A DNA stretch of 64,000 nucleotides from Moniliella sp. 'wahieum' (Eukaryota). Positions 63,651 through 64,000 of the stretch are shown in pieces. Both the position numbers and the translations under genes were made by a program. Positions within the stretch are counted from its first letter, which is position 1, and the number at the start of each line of letters is the position of its first letter. The notes beneath the pieces are model-generated. The model worked only from the letters and a program-made list of their open reading frames with translations. It did not search any database and was not told where the DNA came from. The stretch lies in contig RSEE01000054.1 in the NCBI GenBank assembly GCA_003971905.1, positions 310,001 through 374,000 on the forward strand. The letters run 5' to 3'.

Positions 63651-64000
63651 TTAGAGACAAAACAGCCGCGTACTCTTACGTTTCGTCACTTCCTCCAACC
63701 GAGCCGAGAGAGCTTCGCGCGCTTTATCGCGTGCAGCGCGTTCCTGTTCAATCTGCAATTCGAGCGCTTGGCGCTGTTCCTGTACACGTGCCTGGGTCTG
63801 GGCCAGTTCGGCAGTGGCCGCATCGACTTGAGTTTGCAACTCGCCCGATTGCGCCGCAAACGCATCGCGTTCCCGCGTCACTTCCGATACTTGCGTTCGC
63901 GCTTTGCGCAAATTGCGTTCGCTGTCGTTCAAGGCCGCTTCCAGCGTAGCGACCAAATCGGACGACGCGTGCGTTTCCGCTTCCAAGTGCGTCAACTTGG
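63651..64000 (-). CDS. C-terminus of a long coiled-coil protein (possibly a fungal kinesin-4-like tail), continuing beyond the window
   Basis: Heptad-rich LVATLEAALNDSERNLRKAR..ERAARDKAREALSARLEEVTKRKSTRLFCL*. The kinesin assignment rests on recalled resemblance only, and no motor domain lies in the window. Confidence 0.6.
   Translation of the reverse strand, partial: KLTHLEAETHASSDLVATLEAALNDSERNLRKARTQVSEVTRERDAFAAQSGELQTQVDAATAELAQTQARVQEQRQALELQIEQERAARDKAREALSARLEEVTKRKSTRLFCL

Overview
Eukaryotic, GC-rich, intron-containing DNA from a basidiomycete fungus. The gene set and short GT..CTRAC..YAG introns suggest a smut/yeast-like lineage, but that placement is inference. Recognisable genes: a Pcl/Clg1-type cyclin, a GH85 endo-beta-N-acetylglucosaminidase, NTF2, an RpiB-family isomerase, an intron-containing tRNA-Ser(CGA), a 3'-truncated threonine aldolase, RRS1, alanine aminotransferase, a LAG1/LAC1 ceramide synthase, an F-box/UIM protein, ESS2/DGCR14 and a coiled-coil C-terminus. 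Nearly every conserved gene carries 1-bp frameshifts, which points to uncorrected indel errors in the assembly, so frameshifts alone are not used to call pseudogenes. The most notable structures are as follows. (1) A DNA-transposon family of the CACTA/Plavaka-like type appears in three forms: a 5.4-kb element with 22-bp perfect TIRs, a CCC target duplication and a spliced cargo gene; a 123-bp MITE with the same TIRs; and a second, diverged, longer transposase copy. (2) Intergenic DNA carries a recurrent 7-bp-period NN-TNA-N'N' palindrome signature. (3) A solo-LTR-like element sits upstream of the tRNA. (4) A small protein is built from a tandemly duplicated domain I do not recognise.
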